Origin: a virus
Lineage: Duplodnaviria; Caudoviricetes
DNA: 64,000 nt
Virus record (IMG/VR): IMGVR_UViG_3300033074_001347
Span: 23,189 to 87,188 of that record
Strand: one strand, 5' to 3'
Positions within the stretch are counted from its first letter, which is position 1. Each line of letters opens with the position of its first letter. Both the position numbers and the translations under genes were made by a program. Of the stretch, positions 55,825 through 64,000 are shown one piece after another. The notes below the pieces were generated by a model that was not told where the DNA came from, searched no databases, and saw nothing but the letters and a program-made list of their open reading frames with translations.

Positions 55825-55854
55825 AAAAAGGGGGCCAAATTGGCCCCCTTTTTT
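55825..55854. terminator. Rho-independent terminator (bidirectional type)
   Basis: AAAAAGGGGGCC-aaatt-GGCCCCCTTTTTT. Confidence 0.88.
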
Positions 55855-55907
55855 AGTCTTTAAGTTTGGTAAAGTAATTGTAGTAAATAAAAGAAAGGAA
55901 TAGTTAA

Positions 55908-56183
55908 ATGGAGCCGCGTCCACAATCTATTATGACTCTACAAAAATATTATCAAATGTTAGGAAGTGAACCAGACCATACGCTTGTTAAGATTATTGAT
56001 GTTGATGATGTAATGGAGAGCTATAATGAGAATTATACTATTGATAGCCTCATTATGCGCGGTAAGTTAAAATCCACTGAACATAGACAATTGCATACTT
56101 TAATTTTGCGTTCGGGTGATCTTATCCGCATTATGAAAAATAGGAATAATCCTTGTTTGGGTACGTATAAGTTAATACCTTAG
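55908..56183 (+). CDS. Hypothetical protein
   Basis: AAGGA SD; 91 aa. Confidence 0.65.
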   Translation: MEPRPQSIMTLQKYYQMLGSEPDHTLVKIIDVDDVMESYNENYTIDSLIMRGKLKSTEHRQLHTLILRSGDLIRIMKNRNNPCLGTYKLIP

Positions 56184-56197
56184 TGGCAGCATAACCC

Positions 56198-56719
56198 ATG
56201 AATACTATTCAGATAAGTTTATTACAAGATACTCTCTATATAGAGAAGAGCATTATACATGAGAACGTGCTTAATTACATAATAAAATATTGTGGCCCTA
56301 ATAAAGTGTGTTTAGACAGGGTAACTATACTCTCAGATAATCATGAGAGGGATAAACACTTGTGGTATAGAGCTATGCCAATACCCACTATAAACCTGAT
56401 GCACGGTATTAAATGTGAATATGACTTAAAATCTGTTGGTGTAGAGCGTGTCTATTCAGGTATGGACCCCTCTCACTTATGCGTGTATAATAGTATGTTA
56501 CCTATGAGTTTACTAAGAGCCATAATACGCAAGTTTAGTTTAAAGTATGTTCTTATAAAAGAATCAAGACTTGTTATTAACAAATCATTTAAGACAGATC
56601 CTAACCTTACCCTTATAAAAACTCTGAATAGATATTTGTGCGTGAGCAACTTAAAGGTGTTAGGTATTCAGGTGTTTAAACAAACAGAGAACGGTTATGA
56701 CGTACTCTACAAAATATAA
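56198..56719 (+). CDS. Hypothetical protein
   Basis: 173 aa ORF in the operon. Confidence 0.6.
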   Translation: MNTIQISLLQDTLYIEKSIIHENVLNYIIKYCGPNKVCLDRVTILSDNHERDKHLWYRAMPIPTINLMHGIKCEYDLKSVGVERVYSGMDPSHLCVYNSMLPMSLLRAIIRKFSLKYVLIKESRLVINKSFKTDPNLTLIKTLNRYLCVSNLKVLGIQVFKQTENGYDVLYKI

Positions 56720-56731
56720 AGGAGAAACCCT

Positions 56732-57910
56732 ATGAGCGACATAATAAAAATTTTAAAAGAAGCCGCAAACTACGCACAAAGTCTGAAAGACTATGTATGT
56801 ACAATATCATTAGAAACCGACCACTTTCTTATTAGACTATCGCGCAAAGGACTCTCTATTGTTTCCTATTGTGAACGGCGCGTTTTATATTCTGTAATTG
56901 ATATTATTAATATTAATCCTCTTATAGAAGAAATAAATCAGTGCATTAAATATATGTGTAGTATCACTAATGAACCCCTTGATAACCCATTAGACAAGTC
57001 GCCCAAACAGTCTAAGGATGCTTACACCGGAGGCAAAGGAGACTATTTAAAGTATGGTGACGCAGTATTTAGACTTAACTCTTGCAGTAACTTTAGCGCG
57101 GCAGCTCCCACTGATGGTAGGGGCCTATACCTAAATGGTGCCTTTTGTTTTAAAAGAACATATACAGATAGACCGGCCACATTTGATAATGTAGACTTCG
57201 GACCTGTGCAGCTCCTAATAAGAGAGATCGTAGAGGCTGAGAATGAGCTTGGTAGGTTCCTAGGTTTTCCATTAGATCCGGACGAAAACGGTAATCCTGT
57301 AGGCCCTAATCGTTGTGTTGGGGAACATTCCTTAATTACTTTAGTAAAAACAGTTATTGATGAATATAATAATTTGGCCCTTGCCTCTAAAAAATTCTTT
57401 CATTACGAAAATCTATGGATTGGAGATGTATCTACGACAGAAGATAAAAGGGTTAAGCACGGTAAGAAATCACAAGAGGCCTTAGAAAAGTTAAAGCACC
57501 TTATAAAAGGTTATGAAGATAGATTACAAGTAGAAATACCTATTAACGATGAAAATATAGTACCCGCCACTACAAACGGCCTTAGCAATAAAGGCGAATC
57601 ATACACTACGGTTGATGTTAATGGTTTGTATGTTTTGAGTAAACCCTATATTGTATGTGCTGCTATCAAGTGCGGGAATATAGTAATAACCGGGGCCAGA
57701 CACTATGATTTATTAATGCGTAGTACTATGAAACAGATATTTGGTGATGATACGTCCAAGTATCCCACCTTTGAGCAGGGGTTTATAGATCAATATGGTA
57801 AGTTTTACGATAGGCATGAAGCGTATAAACTAGCAAAAGAAAATGGTCAAATACGAAAAGAGTTTGCTACCAGTACAATAGATATGCTGTTTAGCGAACA
57901 CCTGTACTGA
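56732..57910 (+). CDS. Multidomain hypothetical protein
   Basis: AAGGAG SD; the C-terminal ~95 aa (IVCAAI..GARH...QGFIDQYG.F..R.EA...LFSEHLY) looks like a small phage protein family usually found stand-alone. Confidence 0.7.
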   Translation: MSDIIKILKEAANYAQSLKDYVCTISLETDHFLIRLSRKGLSIVSYCERRVLYSVIDIININPLIEEINQCIKYMCSITNEPLDNPLDKSPKQSKDAYTGGKGDYLKYGDAVFRLNSCSNFSAAAPTDGRGLYLNGAFCFKRTYTDRPATFDNVDFGPVQLLIREIVEAENELGRFLGFPLDPDENGNPVGPNRCVGEHSLITLVKTVIDEYNNLALASKKFFHYENLWIGDVSTTEDKRVKHGKKSQEALEKLKHLIKGYEDRLQVEIPINDENIVPATTNGLSNKGESYTTVDVNGLYVLSKPYIVCAAIKCGNIVITGARHYDLLMRSTMKQIFGDDTSKYPTFEQGFIDQYGKFYDRHEAYKLAKENGQIRKEFATSTIDMLFSEHLY

Positions 57911-57990
57911 GAAAATACGGGTGTGCTCATTAGTTTGGGGCATGACTGCTCACGTACACAAGGCCGACATAGTGTAATTAATATTGATGG

Positions 57991-58422
57991 ATGAGGGCTA
58001 TGAATAAGCAAAAGATAAATTCTTTAGAAATAACTAGTAAGACAACGCGTAAAGGTATATCCATTTCTCATATTGAGATGTTTCCTAGTAAAATGACTGG
58101 AATTAGGTGGGAAATTAAAAATATATGGTATCACCTTTTTAATAAAACTAAACGTCCCTATTACTTTAGATATGCTTTCCTCAATATATTTTATATAATT
58201 ATAGGGCGCACTATTCATGAGAGCTTTTATCAGCAGATAAAAGATTCAACACCTACCGTAGAAATATTTAATAATAAATTTATTAACCACGATAAGGAGG
58301 GAGGGATACATTTGATTTCATCAGTAAAAGATAAAGACATTGAGATTTTCTCCTTTGAACCAGAAGAGGGTGTAGATTATGTAGGTATGATTGCTCCCTA
58401 TAAGTATAAAAAACATTATTAG
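57991..58422 (+). CDS. Hypothetical protein
   Basis: 143 aa ORF. Confidence 0.6.
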   Translation: MRAMNKQKINSLEITSKTTRKGISISHIEMFPSKMTGIRWEIKNIWYHLFNKTKRPYYFRYAFLNIFYIIIGRTIHESFYQQIKDSTPTVEIFNNKFINHDKEGGIHLISSVKDKDIEIFSFEPEEGVDYVGMIAPYKYKKHY

Positions 58423-58432
58423 GAGAATTAAT

Positions 58433-58885
58433 ATGCTGTGTGTAGGAGGCCCGTGGGATGGTAGTTCTATTAGCTTAACGACCCACAAAAACGAAGTAGT
58501 TAATAACTTCTATGTAGAATATGATTTGGGAGAATATAAAATATTAGTATTTAAAGATATGCCTAAAGAGGAGATATTTGAAAGACTTATTAGGTTTTAT
58601 AGCCCTAAATCCGAGCCTTCTAAGTCATATAAAGGACATGGCAATGCCATAGAACAAAAGCATAACATGGCGCTTTTATATGATTTTGATAAACAATATA
58701 AAAAGATACTCAACGAAATAGGTATGGATGATAAGGGATTTATTGGATCTCATAAGTTAGAGGCCAATATAAGCGTTTCTTGTATTAATAATAAGAAGGA
58801 ATATAAATTAGTAGGACTTGATGTAAACCAATTATTGGGCTGTGGTTGTTGGAGTGGCATTATATTGGAAATTGAAGAAGTTTAA
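58433..58885 (+). CDS. Hypothetical protein
   Basis: Start moved to ATG 58433 (AGGAG SD); begins CVGGPWDG. Confidence 0.7.
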   Translation: MLCVGGPWDGSSISLTTHKNEVVNNFYVEYDLGEYKILVFKDMPKEEIFERLIRFYSPKSEPSKSYKGHGNAIEQKHNMALLYDFDKQYKKILNEIGMDDKGFIGSHKLEANISVSCINNKKEYKLVGLDVNQLLGCGCWSGIILEIEEV

Positions 58886-58900
58886 GTTTGGAAATTAGAT

Positions 58901-59317
58901 ATGGTTAGAATAGCCGTTCAAAAAATAATTGAGCACATTGATATATTTAGTGTAGGATTTAGGATTTATGGTAGGCTAAGTACATCAGAGAATAAAATAA
59001 AAAAAGCAGTTATAGACTGTGTTGCTAATAATAAAGTAGAGCCAAGATATGGAACAACTAACGATATTGAAAGAATAGCGCATTTCGTTATTAATGAGGA
59101 TAATACGCCTATTGATATAGATGTAGGTTGTCCTTCTCTAGGATTATTCGGAGTGCAAATTCAGGACGGGTGTCATAGGTTAGCTGCTGCTGTGATATCT
59201 GGTAAAACACACATAAATGTCTCAATAGCTGGTGAGCTTGAATACGCATATCAGATATTCGGTACTAGATGTGAGGAAATAGTGTTTTTAGGTAGTTCTA
59301 CAAGCAATAAGGCGTAA
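58901..59317 (+). CDS. ParB/sulfiredoxin-like (ParB-N) domain protein
   Basis: PIDIDV...IQDGCHRLAAAVISGKTHINV motif. Confidence 0.65.
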   Translation: MVRIAVQKIIEHIDIFSVGFRIYGRLSTSENKIKKAVIDCVANNKVEPRYGTTNDIERIAHFVINEDNTPIDIDVGCPSLGLFGVQIQDGCHRLAAAVISGKTHINVSIAGELEYAYQIFGTRCEEIVFLGSSTSNKA

Positions 59318-59324
59318 TGTCACT

Positions 59325-60098
59325 ATGATTTTTAGTATACCAACCCCAGTGATTCCCACCGATGAGGAGATGATTATATCAGCTAAAAAATGGTACTCGT
59401 CTCTAAAACCCCATGTATTTAATAACTGGTGTAGAGAGCTAGTTGATATAACCCTACCGTTTAGTAGGGCAGAAATAGATGGTACGGTAGCCATAAACGT
59501 CTATGACTGTAAGACCGAAGGATTTAACGAAATTTTAAAGGGAGTTGAGCAAGCCATAAGTAGCATTGATTCTAAAGAGGGTTTCTTTATTAAGTTAGAC
59601 TCAAGAAGCCCTAAGGATGCTTGCAAAGCCGATAAATTTGGTAAACCTTTGCCATTCATGACGGCAGAGGAAGCGGCTAGTGCCATTGCATCTTCTGAAA
59701 GGTGTTTAGACGACATGTGCTTATTGATGAGGCTAGGCCCTGTAGGTATTGTAGCGCGCCCTTTCATAAAGTGGAATCCTTGGGATGAGTGGAGAGTTTT
59801 GGTTGGTGATGGAAAAGTAAGTATTAGTCAGTATTATTATCACAGTGTATTTGAAGAACTGTTATGCGATAATTCTGCAAAGGAAAAGGTTATAAGAGAT
59901 TTCATAGATAATAAAGTAAGACCCCATATAGGTGTTGATGAATTTGTTGCAGACGTGGTATTTATTGACAACAAGATATGGCTATTGGAAACCAACCCGT
60001 GGGGGAAGAGCGATCCATGTTTATTTAAATCCTATGATAAATTAGACGGTAGTATGCTGGTTGAAATAGGTATGCCCCTTGACCTTTCAGGAAAGTAA
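59325..60098 (+). CDS. CDC123/R2K-clade ATP-grasp protein
   Basis: FFIKLDSRSPKD, EWRVLV, ISQY, F.ADV and LLETNPW...P.LF. Confidence 0.7.
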   Translation: MIFSIPTPVIPTDEEMIISAKKWYSSLKPHVFNNWCRELVDITLPFSRAEIDGTVAINVYDCKTEGFNEILKGVEQAISSIDSKEGFFIKLDSRSPKDACKADKFGKPLPFMTAEEAASAIASSERCLDDMCLLMRLGPVGIVARPFIKWNPWDEWRVLVGDGKVSISQYYYHSVFEELLCDNSAKEKVIRDFIDNKVRPHIGVDEFVADVVFIDNKIWLLETNPWGKSDPCLFKSYDKLDGSMLVEIGMPLDLSGK

Positions 60099-60332
60099 AG
60101 TGATGAAGCATGAACACACTATATATTATTGGACGTTGATAATAATGAACGCTAACCGATTCATTAATAGGCTATTAGATAAAGGGGGTTGCCAATCCTA
60201 TTATTCATTTTGGTGATGAAGGAGTGGATTGTAGGCATTACGCGCAAGAAAAGTGGGGCAAATAATGAAACCTCCACGAAAATATTTAATTTCTCGGTAA
60301 TTAATCATTACTAAAAACATAGGACTACTGTT

Positions 60333-60650
60333 ATGATTTCTAAGTATGAGATAGACGTAGCTGTTAAGCACACCGTAGACGAGGTATTTAGGTCATTAGT
60401 GCACACAGGTGAATTGGTCACTGCGCCTTCCGGGGTAAAAGTACTATACCCTGATAGGTCTGTGATTACCAAAATAATTAATGATAACCTAGTTAGTATA
60501 ATTGACAATATGGTGAAGGAAAATACCAAGTTAAGTAAAACAGTAGACTGGTATAGGCTACCTGATAATGCCAGATTGGCCTTGTATCTTGAAAGCCTAT
60601 TCAAAAAGGCTGTTAAATTCATAAGGAGTAAGTGGCAGGGTGAACAATGA
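60333..60650 (+). CDS. Hypothetical protein
   Basis: AGGA SD; 105 aa. Confidence 0.6.
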   Translation: MISKYEIDVAVKHTVDEVFRSLVHTGELVTAPSGVKVLYPDRSVITKIINDNLVSIIDNMVKENTKLSKTVDWYRLPDNARLALYLESLFKKAVKFIRSKWQGEQ

Positions 60651-60803
60651 GCAACAAGTATATTTGGGAAAAAACCATTTCCACTATCGCGTGTGGTATG
60701 TGCCTATGTAAATAGTAAGTATGCATCATACTTATATTGTACAGGTAGAAGTCTTTAAAGTTGTAGAAATTAATGATCAACTAATTAATAGGAAGGGGAA
60801 AGT

Positions 60804-61490
60804 ATGTATCATATAGAAGTGCTGAAAGAGCATGGCAATTACTTCGGTGAGTGGGCTGATATAAGTATTGTTAGGAAAGACGGTAGTAGAGTGGCATATT
60901 ATACTGTACCAGCAGCTTCTAAGAACGCTTTCTTATACTATAGAAGTGAGGCACAGGATTATGCAATTATATGTATGCGAGAAGAACCACAAAATTCGGG
61001 GGTGTGTATTATAAGGTTGAGTGACCTCGTTGTTTATAATCTCATAACACCTTTTGTATTAAGGGACGTGTGGATTCCAAAATATAGGGTATTTGAATAT
61101 TATTATCATAGGAATGATACTAGACTATATGAGGCAGAGTTTAACAACTCATACAAATACCATGAGATTGGTACTAACGAGTCGGACGCTACTAGGCGGG
61201 TATCATCAGAAGGTTATCTGCCTATAGTTTTTATGGAGGGGTACTGTGGTGCAACGAATTATCTGAATATGGCCAACGTCAATACTCCTGAAAACCCGAT
61301 TAACTATACTATTCCGCTACCTGATGGCTACCATTTACCTAACTTAGTCAAAACCGCTGGCTTTAATGCTATTGACCCTGTGACTTTTACGGGTAAAGTG
61401 AATAGAGTTAATATTAGTCTTAATCTACCTGTGGTCACTGATGGTATACGTATGGGGATATCTGGGGTTATAGGTAAGGACTCAAGGTGA
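60804..61490 (+). CDS. Hypothetical protein
   Basis: AAGGGG SD; 228 aa. Confidence 0.65.
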   Translation: MYHIEVLKEHGNYFGEWADISIVRKDGSRVAYYTVPAASKNAFLYYRSEAQDYAIICMREEPQNSGVCIIRLSDLVVYNLITPFVLRDVWIPKYRVFEYYYHRNDTRLYEAEFNNSYKYHEIGTNESDATRRVSSEGYLPIVFMEGYCGATNYLNMANVNTPENPINYTIPLPDGYHLPNLVKTAGFNAIDPVTFTGKVNRVNISLNLPVVTDGIRMGISGVIGKDSR

Positions 61491-61543
61491 ATGTAATGGC
61501 CATATATTAGGCTGTTAGGTTGTAATTAATAAAGGGCAGAATT

Positions 61544-62224
61544 ATGATAAAAGACAAAAAGTTCAATGAAGACGTCACGTATATACCACCAAAACTCCCT
61601 AGGACCGTTATGACTTTTTTAAAGTCCTTACCAAATCACGAAATCCTCATTAATGAAAGTGGTAATCCTATCATTGTTAAACCTAGCAGTGCTGCTCTGA
61701 ATAGATTAGCTCTCGTCGTAAAGGAAATTGATAAATTAAGATCCGACCTTGATCTTGATAGTGATAGAATAAGTTTGCTATCGGTTTGTAGAAAGCCTAG
61801 CCTCCTACTACGTATATTGCATAGAGGATACGAGAGACTAACTTTTAAAGAAATAAAAGAGAAATTTATAATAGACGCTAAAATGCAAGCACTTGAAGAA
61901 CTAAAAACACGCATATTACGTCTATATCCTGAGGCACAAAATATAGGGTTAAAAGCGGTAAAAGCAAAGCCTACCACTTACTTTAAAACACGCGGAGGTT
62001 TCATCGCCTTAGTTGCTGGTATAGCCCCTCATAATATGAATACAGGTGATGATAGGGATGCGGTAGGCTGGATAATTAGAGACGAGCTTAATAATAGGCT
62101 ATGGCCATGTCCCGTTATAACATGGAGGTACAATGGTATGTACGAGCCCTTTGGCTGTGAAAGTAAGTATGATTTAATTGAAGAATTACCAAATTTTAGT
62201 GACAAGTTAAGAACATATAATTAA
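61544..62224 (+). CDS. Hypothetical protein
   Basis: 226 aa; C-terminal KTRGG...W..NG...SKYDLIEE module. Confidence 0.65.
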   Translation: MIKDKKFNEDVTYIPPKLPRTVMTFLKSLPNHEILINESGNPIIVKPSSAALNRLALVVKEIDKLRSDLDLDSDRISLLSVCRKPSLLLRILHRGYERLTFKEIKEKFIIDAKMQALEELKTRILRLYPEAQNIGLKAVKAKPTTYFKTRGGFIALVAGIAPHNMNTGDDRDAVGWIIRDELNNRLWPCPVITWRYNGMYEPFGCESKYDLIEELPNFSDKLRTYN

Positions 62225-62246
62225 CCTTAATTAAAGGATTGATCAA

Positions 62247-62516
62247 GTGATATTGGGAAAAACCAATAAGGATTGGCATGAATCTAAACTAGAGGGTGCA
62301 TGGAAATACGCATGGCTACCTGTAATATTAGAGGATGGAAGGTGGGCATGGCTACAGAAGGTATATAAATACTGTGATTATTTGCCTCCCAAATTTATTA
62401 GTAGGATTGTTGTAGGAGGATATGAGACTAAGTATTCCTTAACAAAAAAGAAAGGGACTGATTATACTATTACTAGGTCCAAATTACCAAGACCAGCAAA
62501 GCCAGCAGTATTATAA
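62247..62516 (+). CDS. Small Trp-rich hypothetical protein
   Basis: W.YAWLPV.LEDGRWAWL pattern; AAGGA SD. Confidence 0.65.
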   Translation: MILGKTNKDWHESKLEGAWKYAWLPVILEDGRWAWLQKVYKYCDYLPPKFISRIVVGGYETKYSLTKKKGTDYTITRSKLPRPAKPAVL

Positions 62517-62519
62517 GTT

Positions 62520-62545
62520 AGGGGGCCGATGGCCCCCTACTTTTT
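62520..62545 (+). terminator. Rho-independent terminator at the convergent junction
   Basis: AGGGGGCC-gat-GGCCCCCT-ac-TTTTT. Confidence 0.8.
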
Positions 62546-62663
62546 AGTCTTGATTGATACGATCATTTTCTTTATTTTTATTTTATCGGGATCTGCTTGA
62601 AGCAGCATACGGAAAAGTATTCTCTTTTCTTTTTTACCTGATTTCTTCCAGAGCTTTTTATGT

Positions 62664-62894
62664 TCATGCTTCCTCCATGCTACTTTGAATTAAGGTTGCC
62701 ACGAATTTAGCTTCTGCATCTATACCGTAGTATAGTTCGCCCTTTAATCCCTCATCTGTTTTCGTAATAGTACATATTCCGTCACCATATATGTGGTGGG
62801 TACCTAATACTACTACGGTTGATTCATTTACCTGATTAATGTTTGCAATGTACGTAAAGCACCTTGCTAATGTTTCATTTGCACGGTCACTCAT
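62664..62894 (-). CDS. Hypothetical protein
   Basis: Start moved to ATG 62894 (GGAGGA SD). Confidence 0.65.
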   Translation of the reverse strand: MSDRANETLARCFTYIANINQVNESTVVVLGTHHIYGDGICTITKTDEGLKGELYYGIDAEAKFVATLIQSSMEEA

Positions 62895-62940
62895 TGGAGT
62901 CCTCCGATAAACCGTGGTCATAATAACACTTTACGAGACT

Positions 62941-62968
62941 AAAAAAGGGGGCCTTAGGCCCCCTTTTT
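62941..62968. terminator. Rho-independent terminator (bidirectional type)
   Basis: AAAAAAGGGGGCC-tta-GGCCCCCTTTTT. Confidence 0.88.
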
Positions 62969-62976
62969 CTTAGCAT

Positions 62977-63666
62977 TTATTGTATGGTAATTTCTTTTAG
63001 ATCAACTTTGTTGCACTCGTACTCATGTGAATCGTCGTTTAACTGTCGTTCAACATTTTTGGGTAAATCAAGTCTCCAACATTCTTTATCTACTAAGTCT
63101 GAGTCCGAAGGACTTGGGTCCAAAGCTCTCAATAGAATTGACTTAATCACTTCCTTGTAGACATTAATCGGATATGCTTTCTTTCCTATTTTCATATCGC
63201 AACTGACCGTAAATTTTACTTTCTTAATGTATTCCTTAATCTTCTTTTTAGGATACGTCAGTCCAAACCACTTACCACCGAAATTACCTACGCTATCTAT
63301 AGTGGAGGATTTTCCATTCAGAGCACTGAATATCTTTTGTATAGCTTTGACCGATTCCTTATAGGCTCCAGGCCCTTCCTTATCACCTAACTTCCACATT
63401 ACACGAAATCTATCGGGTAGTACATTTAAATTCCCCTCTAGTTTTCCATCAATATGAATAGAAACGTGGGCATATTCAGGATTATGTGATCTGGTAGATG
63501 AGCCGCCCATCATAGTTATCTCTTCTAGGGGATGCCCATTTAGTTTAGTTCCCTTACTAAACTTTCTACGCATAGTGCCATAAAGATCCCCATTACTGGT
63601 CCACCCTTTCAACTTCACTTCCTTGAAAATGTAGTTTTGTTTTTTGGGTGCTTTTAATATAGCCAT
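62977..63666 (-). CDS. Basic hypothetical protein, single-gene unit between two terminators
   Basis: 229 aa, Lys-rich; AAGGA SD. Confidence 0.75.
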   Translation of the reverse strand: MAILKAPKKQNYIFKEVKLKGWTSNGDLYGTMRRKFSKGTKLNGHPLEEITMMGGSSTRSHNPEYAHVSIHIDGKLEGNLNVLPDRFRVMWKLGDKEGPGAYKESVKAIQKIFSALNGKSSTIDSVGNFGGKWFGLTYPKKKIKEYIKKVKFTVSCDMKIGKKAYPINVYKEVIKSILLRALDPSPSDSDLVDKECWRLDLPKNVERQLNDDSHEYECNKVDLKEITIQ

Positions 63667-63810
63667 GCCCTTATCCTTCTTTTTACGATTTAAGTATCAC
63701 ACCATTGTCATACTTGAATACAATATAGCATAAATTTTAGCTTATGAAAAGCATTAAATTTAGCAGCTAATAAGCCAATTATATTGTATACATGAAAATG
63801 TTGCATACAT

Positions 63811-63843
63811 AAAAAAGGGGGGCCTACAGGCCCCCCTTTTTTT
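63811..63843. terminator. Rho-independent terminator (bidirectional type)
   Basis: AAAAAAGGGGGGCC-taca-GGCCCCCCTTTTTTT. Confidence 0.88.
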
Positions 63844-63852
63844 CAGTTTCTA

Positions 63853-64000
63853 CTAGGCGTAGGTGTAAACGCGAATTTCCCCGCGACCACCATCACCGCC
63901 TTTACCAGATGCAAAGGCAGCGCGTGCTGCACCACCCCCGCCGCCACCCCCACCCGCAGTGCCACCTGCACCTCCAGCACCACCAGCAGCACCGCCACCA
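63853..64000 (-). CDS. C-terminus of a glycine-rich (fibre/virion-type) protein, truncated by the window edge
   Basis: Hand translation ...GGAGGTAGGGGGGGGAARAAFASGKGGDDGRGEIRVYTYA*. Confidence 0.75.
   Translation of the reverse strand, partial: GGGAAGGAGGAGGTAGGGGGGGGAARAAFASGKGGDGGRGEIRVYTYA

Noticed and set aside
57918-57960. Possible structured RNA in the intergenic gap (GTGTGC...GTACAC with inner TCAT/ATGA)
   Set aside because: The stem is short and needs wobble pairs; no family is recognisable and it cannot be told from chance.
60099-60803. Several 20-40 codon ORFs around 60100-60330 and 60640-60800
   Set aside because: Competing frames with no motif or convincing SD; none can be supported.
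1-64000. tRNA/rRNA genes, integrase, transposase or prophage attachment sites
   Set aside because: No cloverleaf-sized gap with T-loop/CCA features, and no recombinase or transposase motif seen by eye; a tRNAscan/ARAGORN run would settle tRNAs.

Overview
A 64-kb slice of a large, AT-rich (about 30-40% GC by eye) lytic contractile-tailed phage, probably a jumbo myophage. From capsid sequence and gene order it recalls the Erwinia Y3 / PaBG / phiRSL1-type phages, but that is my recollection, not a search result. 1-12.2 kb (+): nucleotide metabolism, repair and replication genes (class III RNR nrdD/nrdG, nrdB, dcd, queE, SLOG, uvsE, Mre11/SbcD-like nuclease, dUTPase, primase). 12.2-55 kb (-): a short GC-rich island, then lysis genes and PAAR, four paralogous giant tail fibre/tailspike genes, baseplate, two tape-measure-like genes, tail chaperone, tube, sheath, capsid and scaffold. 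55.2-62.5 kb (+): small accessory genes; the last 1.4 kb is on the - strand. Strongest observations: (1) a start-less +1-frame ORF joining the tail assembly chaperone to the tape measure gene, suggesting a +1/-2 programmed frameshift at ACC TTT CTT TCC; (2) two ADP-ribosyltransferases of different classes plus a minimal nucleotidyltransferase inserted among core baseplate genes; (3) a carbohydrate-binding-like cassette that is near-identical at DNA level across three otherwise diverged fibre genes; (4) a nested histone-H1-like protein; (5) an Hfq/Sm-like gene; (6) a CDC123-like ATP-grasp gene next to a ParB-like gene; (7) an L,D-transpeptidase-motif endolysin candidate; (8) a candidate late promoter motif TCAATTTA. 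No tRNA, rRNA, CRISPR array, integrase or transposase was recognised. All protein calls come from motif recognition; no database was searched.
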